A stretch of DNA of 56,567 nucleotides, from positions 1-56,567 of the IMG/VR virus record IMGVR_UViG_3300030103_000728; one strand, given 5' to 3'. The notes below the pieces were generated by a model. That model made no database searches, was not told the origin of the DNA, and was given only the letters and a program-made list of their open reading frames with translations. Shown one piece after another: positions 29,411-37,810 of the stretch. A program made the translations under genes and the position numbers. Each line of letters opens with the position of its first letter. Positions within the stretch are counted from its first letter, which is position 1. This DNA is from a virus. Its lineage: Duplodnaviria > Caudoviricetes.

Positions 29411-29439
29411 GTTATACATATTCCAACGGTGTACTGCAA
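29411..29439 (-). promoter_or_regulatory. Sigma70-like promoter for the replication genes
   Basis: Minus strand TTGCAG-17 nt-TATAAC. Confidence 0.65.
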
Positions 29440-29465
29440 CCCCAAAATGTACACCGTAATCTTGG

Positions 29466-29609
29466 TTAGGCAGCTTTCTTTTCAGTCGCAGCCTTGACCA
29501 TATGCGCAACCTGCTTACTGACAGACCTGTCGTTCTTGTCCGCAAGCTCACGCAATGTTCTGTATATATCTATCGACACAGCGATAGACTTCCACTTACT
29601 TGTATCCAC
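29466..29609 (-). CDS. Small ribbon-helix-helix-like regulator (47 aa, not in ORF track)
   Basis: GTG start after AGGAG; MDTSKWKSIAVSIDIYRTLRELADKNDRSVSKQVAHMVKAATEKKAA*. Confidence 0.65.
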   Translation of the reverse strand: MDTSKWKSIAVSIDIYRTLRELADKNDRSVSKQVAHMVKAATEKKAA

Positions 29610-29641
29610 ACCTTTACTCCTATTCCCTGTTCAGCTAACGT

Positions 29642-29671
29642 ATACTATCTTATGTTTTAGCCAGAGGTCAA
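29642..29671 (-). promoter_or_regulatory. Sigma70-like promoter upstream of the RHH gene
   Basis: Minus strand TTGACC-18 nt-TAGTAT. Confidence 0.5.
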
Positions 29672-29678
29672 TAACCAA

Positions 29679-30242
29679 ATGAGACCAGCAAAGAAAAACA
29701 GTGACGGTAAACGATGCGAGTTGATTGCTGCCAACTGGCTGTTCGCCCAAAACTGTTATGTCTACTCCCCTTTCTTGGAGCAAGGCCCGGTTGACCTGAT
29801 AGCCATCACCCCCACTAGGAAGGTGCTATTGTTTGACGTGAAAAAAGCTGGACGCCGAAAGAATGGCTCAGTGATCTCACGTCTTTTAGGTGACGAACAA
29901 AAGAAGCTAGGTGTCCGCCTGTTATATGTTGACATGGAAACACATGAATGTGCCCTGTACCCATATCAGCTAGAAAGTAGATATCGGAGCAAACAAAGCC
30001 AGCACACCTCCGACTATGCCGAACAACGCGCATCTAACCGTCACTTCGGCGGGGGGTTAGTTCCAACCATTTCTTCACTTGTTCACCCAGAGTCTGAGCA
30101 GACAGCTCAATCTTTGACTGCAACGTCTTCACAATGTGTTCATCCACCGTGTTCTTTGTCATCAGATCCACATACAGGACAGGGTGATGCTGACCAATAC
30201 GATGCGCACGATCCTCAGACTGAACACGAGTCTCAAGGTTGA
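29679..30242 (+). CDS. PD-(D/E)xK endonuclease
   Basis: GKRCELIAANWL...GPVDLIAI...LFDVK; opposite strand to its neighbours. Confidence 0.7.
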   Translation: MRPAKKNSDGKRCELIAANWLFAQNCYVYSPFLEQGPVDLIAITPTRKVLLFDVKKAGRRKNGSVISRLLGDEQKKLGVRLLYVDMETHECALYPYQLESRYRSKQSQHTSDYAEQRASNRHFGGGLVPTISSLVHPESEQTAQSLTATSSQCVHPPCSLSSDPHTGQGDADQYDAHDPQTEHESQG

Positions 30243-31490
30243 AGTCATTAGCATAGTAGATCACGTTGGTCGCTGCCGTGAGAGTCAAACCAAATCCTGC
30301 GGTCTGCGGGTTAGCCACAAAGAACCTTGCGTCCCCGAACTGAAAAGACTTGATCGCTTCCTGCCTTGCATCATCAGTCGTGTCCCCAAAATAACTGACC
30401 GTGGAACTCGGACCGTGGGTCTTTTTCAGGGCAGCTTCGATCTTCTTGATGTCGTACCTGAACCTCGACCAAATGATAACCTTGCCATCCATCTCATCGA
30501 TGCACTCCTCCAGCGCAGCCAGACGCTTGGTAGGAACCTCAACCAGCTCTCCATCGTCTGTCATCACATGCCCACACAGAACCTGCTGCAATCGTAGTAG
30601 TTGAGTCATGGCTGCTGGAGCTGTGACCAGCTCTCCATCCTCCAGGATGGCGATAGCCGCAGACTTGATCGATGCATAGTAGTCTAGCTGTTGATCAGTC
30701 AGCCCCACCTGTCGAGTGGTATATATCTTCTCAGGTAGGTCTAGGGCTTCTTCCTTTGTCACACGGTAAGAGAACGTGCGCAGCTTATCCGATAGCTCCT
30801 CCAGATTTCTGTAGCCCACTACCTGCTGAAATGAATGACTGCCCATGCGCTGTGTGCGAGTGATCGCGTACCGCCCTTGGAATGAGTAGTAAGAGTCATG
30901 GCCCAGCAGCTTCTTGTCCATGAATCCACACTGTGCGTACAAGTCTAGCGGCGACTTCGTAACAGGTGACCCTGTAAGTATGCGCTTGTAGGCCGCTGTC
31001 GTGCCGAGCCGTACCAGACTTTTAGTCCGCTTGGCTTTGGGATTCTTGATTGTTGTTGACTCGTCAACCGCAAGAAGAAATGTGCTGTCTCCAACGAATG
31101 CCTCCATATACTTTGGCAACTTCGCAGTCGCAAACCCCTCCACATTCGCCAGAAATATGCGGAGGACGCCACGCTTCTTAATGGCATCTCGGAGACGCTC
31201 TGTTTCTTTTTTGTTGGCACTCGCTTTCCATACATAAATCTCATGCGGAATGCCCTCTGGTAGATGAGTCGGTATCTCGCTAGTCTGCCAATTTCGGTAG
31301 ACGCCTTTCGGAGCCACGATAACTGCGGTGTCGATCTTTTTGTTTTCATAAAGCCAGACGATGTTATCAAGTAAGACTTTCGATTTGCCACAACCCATCT
31401 CCATAAAATAGCCATAGTTCCTAGCATCATGCGACTTAGTCAGTGCAGTGTGCTGGTGGTCATACGGTTTTGTTTTATAGTTGAACTTCA
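30034..31490 (-). CDS. SNF2-family helicase
   Basis: EMGCGKSK, DEST, LTGSP, QLLRLQQ, GFGLTL, QSEDRAHRIGQ; probable start MKFNYKTKPY. Confidence 0.92.
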
Positions 31491-31495
31491 TGTCG

Positions 31496-31726
31496 CTACT
31501 CCGAGTCTGTATCACCTAGCATGATGCCAAACCTTGCGGCCTCAAAATACCAGAAGATCTCAGCGGGATCGTGGATGGTCGTGACCATTTGCACAGACCC
31601 CTCCTTGTTCTGACCAAGGATGATCAGATCCTTAAAGTGATCCGCTGCCATCTCACAAACCTTTGGCACAGGTTCTTTGGCCTTCTCAACTTTCTTCACG
31701 GGGAAACTAAGTACGTTGTCTGTCAT
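31496..31726 (-). CDS. Hypothetical protein
   Basis: MTDNVLSFP... within the densely packed - strand operon. Confidence 0.55.
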   Translation of the reverse strand: MTDNVLSFPVKKVEKAKEPVPKVCEMAADHFKDLIILGQNKEGSVQMVTTIHDPAEIFWYFEAARFGIMLGDTDSE

Positions 31727-31862
31727 CTGTGTTTCTTTCCTGAGAGTTTCTCATGTCAATGTATGTATCCAAACGCTTGCGCGTTTCTTCAGCCTGACGG
31801 TACAGACCTGCGGTCATCAGCTCTGTAAGCTCCTCGTCAAGAATTCTAATGATCCGGGTCAA
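31707..31862 (-). CDS. Small hypothetical protein (51 aa, not in ORF track)
   Basis: TTG start overlapping the upstream stop; TRIIRILDEELTELMTAGLYRQAEETRKRLDTYIDMRNSQERNTDDRQRT*. Confidence 0.4.
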   Translation of the reverse strand: MTRIIRILDEELTELMTAGLYRQAEETRKRLDTYIDMRNSQERNTDDRQRT

Positions 31863-32239
31863 CCCTTGAGTATTCTGTTCCATGCATCCTCCACTTTTTT
31901 GCGGTCATCCTCGGTGTAATCTTGACACAAAAAGCCATGCTCCATGTCTTCCAGCTTTTCCATCACAATCGCTTCGATAGCTGACACAGCGGAAGACCAT
32001 GAAAGTTTTTCTTCCTTATCAGCTATCTGCTCCGCTGTCGGAGACAACCATGTTTCATGCATATCCGGCTCCCACTCAGATGGTAACGTATCATCTGATA
32101 TCTTATCAGATGGTGGTCGGCTGTCAATGATACGCAACTTGCACACCGTACATTGGTTGCCCTCTACTTTGGCATCACACGATGGGCACCGGCCCCTAGC
32201 CATGCGCTTCGCAAACAATCCATCTCCCTCAATAATCAC
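31859..32239 (-). CDS. Hypothetical protein with Zn-ribbon
   Basis: CPSC...CTVC; start uncertain (GTG after GGAGG near 32239). Confidence 0.5.
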   Translation of the reverse strand: MIIEGDGLFAKRMARGRCPSCDAKVEGNQCTVCKLRIIDSRPPSDKISDDTLPSEWEPDMHETWLSPTAEQIADKEEKLSWSSAVSAIEAIVMEKLEDMEHGFLCQDYTEDDRKKVEDAWNRILKG

Positions 32240-32453
32240 ATGAACCTCCCTGACAACAATCATCAATCACAACATGGCACCCCACACACTGAGTGTGCCC
32301 ATGTACTTCCACACGATCTCGGCTCCCGCACCTCGGACAGCGGCCCTCGTAAGACATGTCCTGCTCATGCCCCTTGGCGATGAGTCCATCCCTCTTGTCG
32401 GGAATAACATGGTGCCTGCGTATGCCTCGCCAATTTGGGTCTCTCTGCTTCAT
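32229..32453 (-). CDS. Small Cys-rich (Zn-ribbon) protein
   Basis: CPRC...VHGHTQCVGC...DDCCQG. Confidence 0.55.
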   Translation of the reverse strand: MKQRDPNWRGIRRHHVIPDKRDGLIAKGHEQDMSYEGRCPRCGSRDRVEVHGHTQCVGCHVVIDDCCQGGSCDY

Positions 32454-32568
32454 GTCTCTTTCTCCTCTTTACCCAACACCCAGCACATTCATATGTGCCG
32501 TCAGAGTTGTGTACGTCAGATGGTGCTGCGCCACACGACTCGCATGTCGGCCTTTTATCAACATACAT
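32365..32568 (-). CDS. Small Zn-ribbon hypothetical protein
   Basis: CESC...CAGC; overlaps the next ORF. Confidence 0.4.
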   Translation of the reverse strand: MYVDKRPTCESCGAAPSDVHNSDGTYECAGCWVKRRKRHEAERPKLARHTQAPCYSRQEGWTHRQGA

Positions 32569-32781
32569 TTAATCATACCCCCACCGCTTCGGGGCAGAGT
32601 ACGCCTCTTCAACATGCCCTGCGCCCCCCAGCGATTGAACAATTTCGGTTGTCTTTTCTACCTCTTCGACTCTTGGATCTTCATCCCGTGCCGGAATGTA
32701 CTCAGCGTTAAGCCAACGCCGTATGCTCTCTCTTGTGCGGCTCCGCCCCAAGTCATCTTTGTACCACTTACTCGTCACCAT
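32569..32781 (-). CDS. Hypothetical protein
   Basis: Packed - strand ORF. Confidence 0.45.
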   Translation of the reverse strand: MVTSKWYKDDLGRSRTRESIRRWLNAEYIPARDEDPRVEEVEKTTEIVQSLGGAGHVEEAYSAPKRWGYD

Positions 32782-32956
32782 CCTGGATACCTATCCTCAT
32801 GCAGACCATTTCCTCATTGAGCGGCATTTGATCCTCCCAGTGGTACTGAGTCGCCGCCACATGACACTGGGCTATTGTATCATAAAAGCCCAGCGCCTCA
32901 TGGTTGAGGGTGTTGTGTTCTGTCAATGAGATCACAAGCAACACCCATTTAATCAT
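32768..32956 (-). CDS. Hypothetical protein with hydrophobic N-terminus
   Basis: SD GGAGG; MIKWVLLVISL...FYDTIAQC...MVC. Confidence 0.5.
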   Translation of the reverse strand: MIKWVLLVISLTEHNTLNHEALGFYDTIAQCHVAATQYHWEDQMPLNEEMVCMRIGIQDGDE

Positions 32957-33206
32957 CGTGTTCCTCCTCCGGCTGCACGTCCTCTTTCAGAACGTAGTCC
33001 ATCCAAAACGCCCCCTGTTTTTTGGGCGGCGCAAAACCAAACGTAACTTCCATGACGTGGAGCGCAGACTCAAGATTTCTAAGGTCAGAAATCCAAAGAT
33101 CGTTTGTCTCTACGATTGTATTCTTCATGTCCTTCAGCTCATTACGAGCCTTCAGCAAAGCTATACGCATATCTCTAGTCATTCTCTTACCGTTCATGCC
33201 GCTCAT
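32949..33206 (-). CDS. Hypothetical protein
   Basis: SD GGAG; packed ORF. Confidence 0.5.
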   Translation of the reverse strand: MSGMNGKRMTRDMRIALLKARNELKDMKNTIVETNDLWISDLRNLESALHVMEVTFGFAPPKKQGAFWMDYVLKEDVQPEEEHDD

Positions 33207-33565
33207 ACCATGTCTCCTTGTCTGGTTTTATATTTACGCACATTGTTTCCTGACAGTCTGTATTTACGTCGCTGCTTTTTCTGCTGGTCTGTCATCTCAG
33301 CACTGCTTTTACGCAGCTTCGCTTCTTCGTCGTCGGCTGTCGGTGCCGCACTGAACGGCACAAACATAGTTTGCAGGGGCTTGTCTTTATCCCGCCCCTC
33401 GTGGATCTCAGGATAGATAGCGACGAACACGCCTGCTTTCTCCTTGATTATCTGCACCGACAGGTTTTGGATATCGACCCACGTCTCCTGCCCACGCAAC
33501 CGATAGGGCTTGTTCTGCAACAAGTTGTCTTCGGTGTAGTAACTGTTGTTATTAGCATTCCTCAT
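33203..33565 (-). CDS. Hypothetical protein
   Basis: ATGA overlaps on both sides. Confidence 0.5.
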   Translation of the reverse strand: MRNANNNSYYTEDNLLQNKPYRLRGQETWVDIQNLSVQIIKEKAGVFVAIYPEIHEGRDKDKPLQTMFVPFSAAPTADDEEAKLRKSSAEMTDQQKKQRRKYRLSGNNVRKYKTRQGDMV

Positions 33566-33813
33566 TCTTCGCCCTCGTCTAAAACCTGATCAACCAATGA
33601 CCCCATAGTCCATCCGCATGCCCACGCCAGAGTCTTATCAATCAAACTCCTCTCTGACACGTCAGCCCTTTTCCACAGGTTGTATAGTTTTTCCATCGAT
33701 CTCGCCCCGTCATCGTCTGTCTGTACGGCCTCATAGAATTTCATGTACAGGCAAGATGTGTCCTCTTCCAGCTTGGCGTCCATTCGTTCCAAACGCTTAT
33801 CAACTATCGGCAT
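33562..33813 (-). CDS. Hypothetical protein
   Basis: Probable start MPIVDK after GGAGG. Confidence 0.45.
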   Translation of the reverse strand: MPIVDKRLERMDAKLEEDTSCLYMKFYEAVQTDDDGARSMEKLYNLWKRADVSERSLIDKTLAWACGWTMGSLVDQVLDEGEE

Positions 33814-34000
33814 TGTCTTCCTCCATCTCCACGTTCCCATATGCTTTCTTGCCCGCAGACTCCACATGATCTGACCAGTGTTCTAAGGCCTCGTCATATA
33901 CGTCCAGATTATGCGCACCGTGACGCGCGGCCCACGAATCTCGGCTCATCCACATGGCATCCTCCTGCATGTCCATCAGCCAACCCTTTACCTTACCCAT
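33800..34000 (-). CDS. Conserved hypothetical phage protein
   Basis: Start MGKVKGWLMDMQEDA after AAGGAG. Confidence 0.55.
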   Translation of the reverse strand: MGKVKGWLMDMQEDAMWMSRDSWAARHGAHNLDVYDEALEHWSDHVESAGKKAYGNVEMEEDNADS

Positions 34001-35123
34001 TACTTTTCTCCTTCGTTCTTGGTCCCTCAAAAACATACTGACGATGGAACGCCAGAAAATTTAATGTCCTATCCGATTTGATTGGAACTGTAACATCCGC
34101 TTTCAGTCCCATACTCAACAGCAATTCATCACTTACCCCGGACTTTTCGCTTTTCATAAGCTTCCCCTCGTGATCAAACGAAATGTAACCACAATCAAAA
34201 AGCTTGTCGGCATTTGGCGACAACAAAAACCCATTGTGTGGATCTGTTTTTTCAGCCCTCAAATCGCACGATGCAAATGGTTTTATGTGACTAGCTATCA
34301 AAAACCGTGGGTCTGCAATCAAAGTAAATGGGCACATTGCCTCGCAATCTGTGGCATCAAGTAGCCTGTCCCTGAACAAGGCCCGATCTACAGACTCATC
34401 CCGCTTCCGCCTTTCGTCCCTAGATATATTATTCTTAGGCGGTGGAGAATTTTTCTGTGTTGGTTCTAACTTAATCCTAGCCAGATTTTCGGTAAAGTTT
34501 ACTAACCTACCCAAATTAGTCGGACCATCAAAATATGGTTCAAGTCCATACACACCTAAAAAGTTTAAGGTAATGACTGCCCCTAATGGTGAACACATTG
34601 TCGTCATGTTCTTGTCGTCATAGTTAGGGAACGCTAGTCGATAAATCCTTGACTCTTTTTCCGTTGGGTTATTGTGTAAATACCCATTCAAATCCCTAGC
34701 CAAAAGCGTTGATGTTGCTCCCCTGTGTATTTTTGTTTTTATTCCCCTCATCCACTCAAAAAGTTGAGTGCGTTTTATACACATACTTCGTACAAAACTT
34801 TTGTCGTTTTCAAGATGCAGGACCAAAGGCCATGACACGCCAGCGGTGATGTCCTGTTTCTCTTGTGCCTCCTTTACATCGTATGGAAACGGGTCACCAG
34901 CACCATACAGGATCACCTTGTTACGATCCTCTGATGTCGGGGCTACATCTCTATATTCAATCCCATTGCCCCTCTCCGGGGCAGCAGGCTGTCTGTTGCG
35001 GCGAACCTCGACCTGAACAGTCCTGCGACCAGCACCGAGCGATGGCGCACCACGGAGTTGACAAGCATCGATACTGCCTAGCTTCAGCCTACCGCCCGCT
35101 AGGCTCAGTTTTTTCTCTGCCAT
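33993..35123 (-). CDS. HNH endonuclease (HNH_2-like C-terminus) with IF-2-like N-terminal peptide
   Basis: C-term FRDRLL...CPFT...LIASHIKPF...DPHNGFLLSPNADKLFDCGYISFD; N-term KKLSLAGGRLKLG...RRTVQVEVRR. Confidence 0.8.
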   Translation of the reverse strand: MAEKKLSLAGGRLKLGSIDACQLRGAPSLGAGRRTVQVEVRRNRQPAAPERGNGIEYRDVAPTSEDRNKVILYGAGDPFPYDVKEAQEKQDITAGVSWPLVLHLENDKSFVRSMCIKRTQLFEWMRGIKTKIHRGATSTLLARDLNGYLHNNPTEKESRIYRLAFPNYDDKNMTTMCSPLGAVITLNFLGVYGLEPYFDGPTNLGRLVNFTENLARIKLEPTQKNSPPPKNNISRDERRKRDESVDRALFRDRLLDATDCEAMCPFTLIADPRFLIASHIKPFASCDLRAEKTDPHNGFLLSPNADKLFDCGYISFDHEGKLMKSEKSGVSDELLLSMGLKADVTVPIKSDRTLNFLAFHRQYVFEGPRTKEKSNG

Positions 35124-35353
35124 ATTGCTTTCCTTCCTCTAGTGTATTCATTGATCGGAATGGCAAATGCATCCGGCTCTTGGTCCGGCTCCATGCCGCT
35201 GTCAATCTGGTTGCGGCGGAGATCGTCGAAAGTGTAATCGATCTCCGCCTGTGCATCTGCCTCAGTCTCATACACTTCAACATCGCCAGACTGTTCGCCC
35301 CACGCCTGCCACCCCTCACACAGGGTGTCGGTTACAATTACCCAGCCCATCAC
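35105..35353 (-). CDS. Acidic hypothetical protein
   Basis: SD GAGG; DTLCEGWQAW... Confidence 0.5.
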   Translation of the reverse strand: MMGWVIVTDTLCEGWQAWGEQSGDVEVYETEADAQAEIDYTFDDLRRNQIDSGMEPDQEPDAFAIPINEYTRGRKAIWQRKN

Positions 35354-35793
35354 GCATTCACCTCAAGATACCTATATTTTTCTTTCATCTCAGTGTGTGT
35401 AAGCGTGTCTTTCAAAACCCAACGCACACCGCCGGACCCTTCTTGCAAATGGTAATCGTCGTCATAGCGGCTTTCCCAAATCTCAATCCACAGATCTTGG
35501 CTGTTATGTTTTGAGATCACATAATAAAAGTCGCAAAGATGATTGGCCCCCAACATCTCATCACGATCATTGAAATTAGCGTTGACCAGACGAACACCAC
35601 CGCCCCTCCGATCCTTGTTCGCCGCAACAAATGATGCTGCAAACTCGTCAGCCTCAAACCGTGGCAACTCCCATGCGAATTCTTTGGCTTTCTCAATGAA
35701 ATCCACCGCACCCTGCGGGTAGTTGTCATAATGCTTGTAGACGTAGGCCTCTTCATGCTCGTCTTCAAAAATATAAATCGCTCTAGTTCCCAT
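35350..35793 (-). CDS. Conserved hypothetical phage early protein
   Basis: MGTRAIY...YKHYDNYP motif (M-x-T-R...Y-x-H-x-D-x-Y-P family). Confidence 0.6.
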   Translation of the reverse strand: MGTRAIYIFEDEHEEAYVYKHYDNYPQGAVDFIEKAKEFAWELPRFEADEFAASFVAANKDRRGGGVRLVNANFNDRDEMLGANHLCDFYYVISKHNSQDLWIEIWESRYDDDYHLQEGSGGVRWVLKDTLTHTEMKEKYRYLEVNA

Positions 35794-36023
35794 TAGTCTG
35801 TCCTCATCTGATAACGTATCGTTGCATAAACAGAGTCCATAGGCTCTGCCACCTGCGTGAAACTATATGTCCCCGTCTGTTGAATGATGGTGACCGTGCG
35901 CTCACGGTCACCCCTCTTCTTTGTCTGCTCAAACATCTTGAACTCTGTTCCAATCAACAACACAGGCTGGTCAAGAGAAGGATCAAGAGAGTCATCAACC
36001 ATAGTTAATTCCAAAACAATCAT
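35793..36023 (-). CDS. Hypothetical protein
   Basis: TAATG-coupled. Confidence 0.5.
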   Translation of the reverse strand: MIVLELTMVDDSLDPSLDQPVLLIGTEFKMFEQTKKRGDRERTVTIIQQTGTYSFTQVAEPMDSVYATIRYQMRTD

Positions 36024-36238
36024 TACACCGTCTCCACTTGCTCAATGTTGTCACAATAGTTTTTCTCCAGATGCCGACACACGCCCAACCAAGTGGTCGC
36101 AGTATCAGGACCAATGTCAGCAGCAATCCCATCCATGCCCTCGTCCTCACAGACCAAAGCATAATTCGCAAAGGGATCGACCTTGCCATAGCAAAGGGTC
36201 TCACCCCCATCCTTGCGCTTGTAAATATAGTCAGCCAT
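36023..36238 (-). CDS. Hypothetical protein
   Basis: TAATG-coupled start MADYIY. Confidence 0.5.
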   Translation of the reverse strand: MADYIYKRKDGGETLCYGKVDPFANYALVCEDEGMDGIAADIGPDTATTWLGVCRHLEKNYCDNIEQVETV

Positions 36239-36456
36239 TAGTAACAACCCTCCCCATTAAACACTGGCTTACGCTTGCCAAAATCAATGAACACACCACG
36301 ATCACTCAACTCCTCAAGATACTTGGTCGCATAGACCATGTTCCAATGACCCTTGGTGTGACCCAAAGAAGTCATGCTCGTGTGCATGGCATTCGCGTAC
36401 CACACCTGAAGCTGCTCATCACTCGCCTCTGCGATCTTTGTCTTTAACCATTGCAT
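36238..36456 (-). CDS. Hypothetical protein, first gene of the leftward operon
   Basis: Start MQWLKT after a strong SD AAGGAGGT. Confidence 0.55.
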   Translation of the reverse strand: MQWLKTKIAEASDEQLQVWYANAMHTSMTSLGHTKGHWNMVYATKYLEELSDRGVFIDFGKRKPVFNGEGCY

Positions 36457-36645
36457 CGTCGCTCTACCTCCTTGCAACTCGGACCTCGGTGGTTTATTCT
36501 GGGTCCATCCCATGTGGTTACATATAGTCTTTAATGGAGAGTCACATATAATCCCATACAATGCAAACACTTTTTTCACGTTGTTTACTTTCCTATAGTG
36601 TTTTCTCACGGATAAAGTTTTTTTTTATTTTTTTTTCAAATTAGG

Positions 36646-36725
36646 CGTGACAAGCGTGACAAGCGTGACAAGCGTTGTTTTCATTGGGTTATTCTCGGCA
36701 CACTTTGGCACGTTTGGCACACTTC
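36646..36725. repeat. Iteron-like direct repeats next to a T-tract (candidate origin)
   Basis: GCGTGACAA x3 (+GCGT) at 36646-36676; (T)GGCAC(A/G) x3 at ~36697-36725; T-rich tract at 36618-36636. Confidence 0.7.
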
Positions 36726-36806
36726 ATAGGCCTCGGAGTCCGCCGCGCGTTGCTTTTTTGATTTTATTTGGGTTACCCGTGGAAAAACACTATAGGAGAA
36801 TTTGAC

Positions 36807-37352
36807 TTGGCAAAGGTTGGAAGACCAGCAGGATTGACACAACGTCAGCGAGAGTTTGCAAAGCATTATGTCGAGGGGCGCAACAGCAATGCTGGCTGCG
36901 CTAGGTTGGCTGGGTACGCGACTGACTCGGCAGCGCAGCATGCCGCAAAACTTCTTGACGGAAAATCTTATCCGGCTGTTGTGGAGCTGATCAAAGAACT
37001 TCGGGAAGACAGACAGAAAAGATATGGTGTGACATTGGTCGGTCAGTTGAAACGCCTAGACGAACTGTCGAGGGGCGCGGAGGAAGAGGGACAATTCTCT
37101 GCCGCCATTAACGCAGAGAAGATTCGATCTGCACTTGGTGGGCTGACGATTGATAGACGTGAGCAGCAGCACATTCACCAGCTTGATAAGCTGTCGCGTG
37201 AAGAGATTGTCTCTCGACTTGCTGACCTGCGTAAGCAGCACCCACATGCCTTCGATGACATGAAGAGGATTGAAGATGCCAAAGACAGAGAAATCACTGT
37301 GGACTTCATTGAAACAAAAACTCCCGAAAAAGTCTCATTATCAGAGGATTGA
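36807..37352 (+). CDS. terS: Terminase small subunit
   Basis: LTQRQREFAKHYVEG...CARLAGYA HTH; FSAAINAEKIR; TTG start after AGGAG. Confidence 0.75.
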   Translation: MAKVGRPAGLTQRQREFAKHYVEGRNSNAGCARLAGYATDSAAQHAAKLLDGKSYPAVVELIKELREDRQKRYGVTLVGQLKRLDELSRGAEEEGQFSAAINAEKIRSALGGLTIDRREQQHIHQLDKLSREEIVSRLADLRKQHPHAFDDMKRIEDAKDREITVDFIETKTPEKVSLSED

Positions 37353-37704
37353 GAACCGTGTCGGGGAGGGCATGCCCGACACATATTTGTGCATGGACGG
37401 GGTTCCAATCTGGCTTGAATTAAAAATAATTAAAAACAGCCGCGTTAGGCTGTCAAAGTCCCAGATCGCGTGGCATTTGGGGCATACGCGCTGTAATGGC
37501 GTAAGTTTTTTCTTGCTCCACTGCCCCTCTAAGGGCGATGCACTTTTGTTTGACGGGGGTTTAGCGCCCGAGTTGCAAGGTTCACGGATCGATGTCCTGC
37601 GCCCTGCGGCCCTATATGATGGTCCGTTGTCGGGGTTGCCCTGCGCCCTGCGGGCCAAGGCTGTAGATGCGTGGTCCTGCGTCCTGCGTCCTGCGTCCCC
37701 GTGA
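37276..37704 (+). CDS. VRR-NUC/Holliday-junction resolvase-like nuclease
   Basis: EKSLW...RIEN...GMPD...WLELK...LSKSQIAW. Confidence 0.75.
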   Translation: MPKTEKSLWTSLKQKLPKKSHYQRIENRVGEGMPDTYLCMDGVPIWLELKIIKNSRVRLSKSQIAWHLGHTRCNGVSFFLLHCPSKGDALLFDGGLAPELQGSRIDVLRPAALYDGPLSGLPCALRAKAVDAWSCVLRPASP

Positions 37705-37745
37705 TATAAAAACAGGACGCAAAGCCCTGCGGCCCTGCGTCCTGC
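37594..37745. repeat. G(T/C)CCTGC heptamer cluster A
   Basis: About 10 copies at 37594, 37601, 37638, 37645, 37674, 37681, 37688, 37724, 37732, 37739. Confidence 0.85.
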
Positions 37746-37774
37746 GTGTCATATGTCATGGAGAAAGACATAAG

Positions 37775-37802
37775 AAAAAGTACCACGGTCCGAGGACCGT
37801 GG
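37775..37802 (-). terminator. Intrinsic terminator after the gp88-like gene
   Basis: CCACGGTC-CGAG-GACCGTGG hairpin with a + strand A-run (U-tract on -). Confidence 0.65.
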
Positions 37803-37810
37803 CAATGGTG

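Noticed and set aside
36457-36609. N-terminal extension of ORF 36238..36609
   Set aside because: It spans the promoter region; the strong SD precedes ATG 36456.
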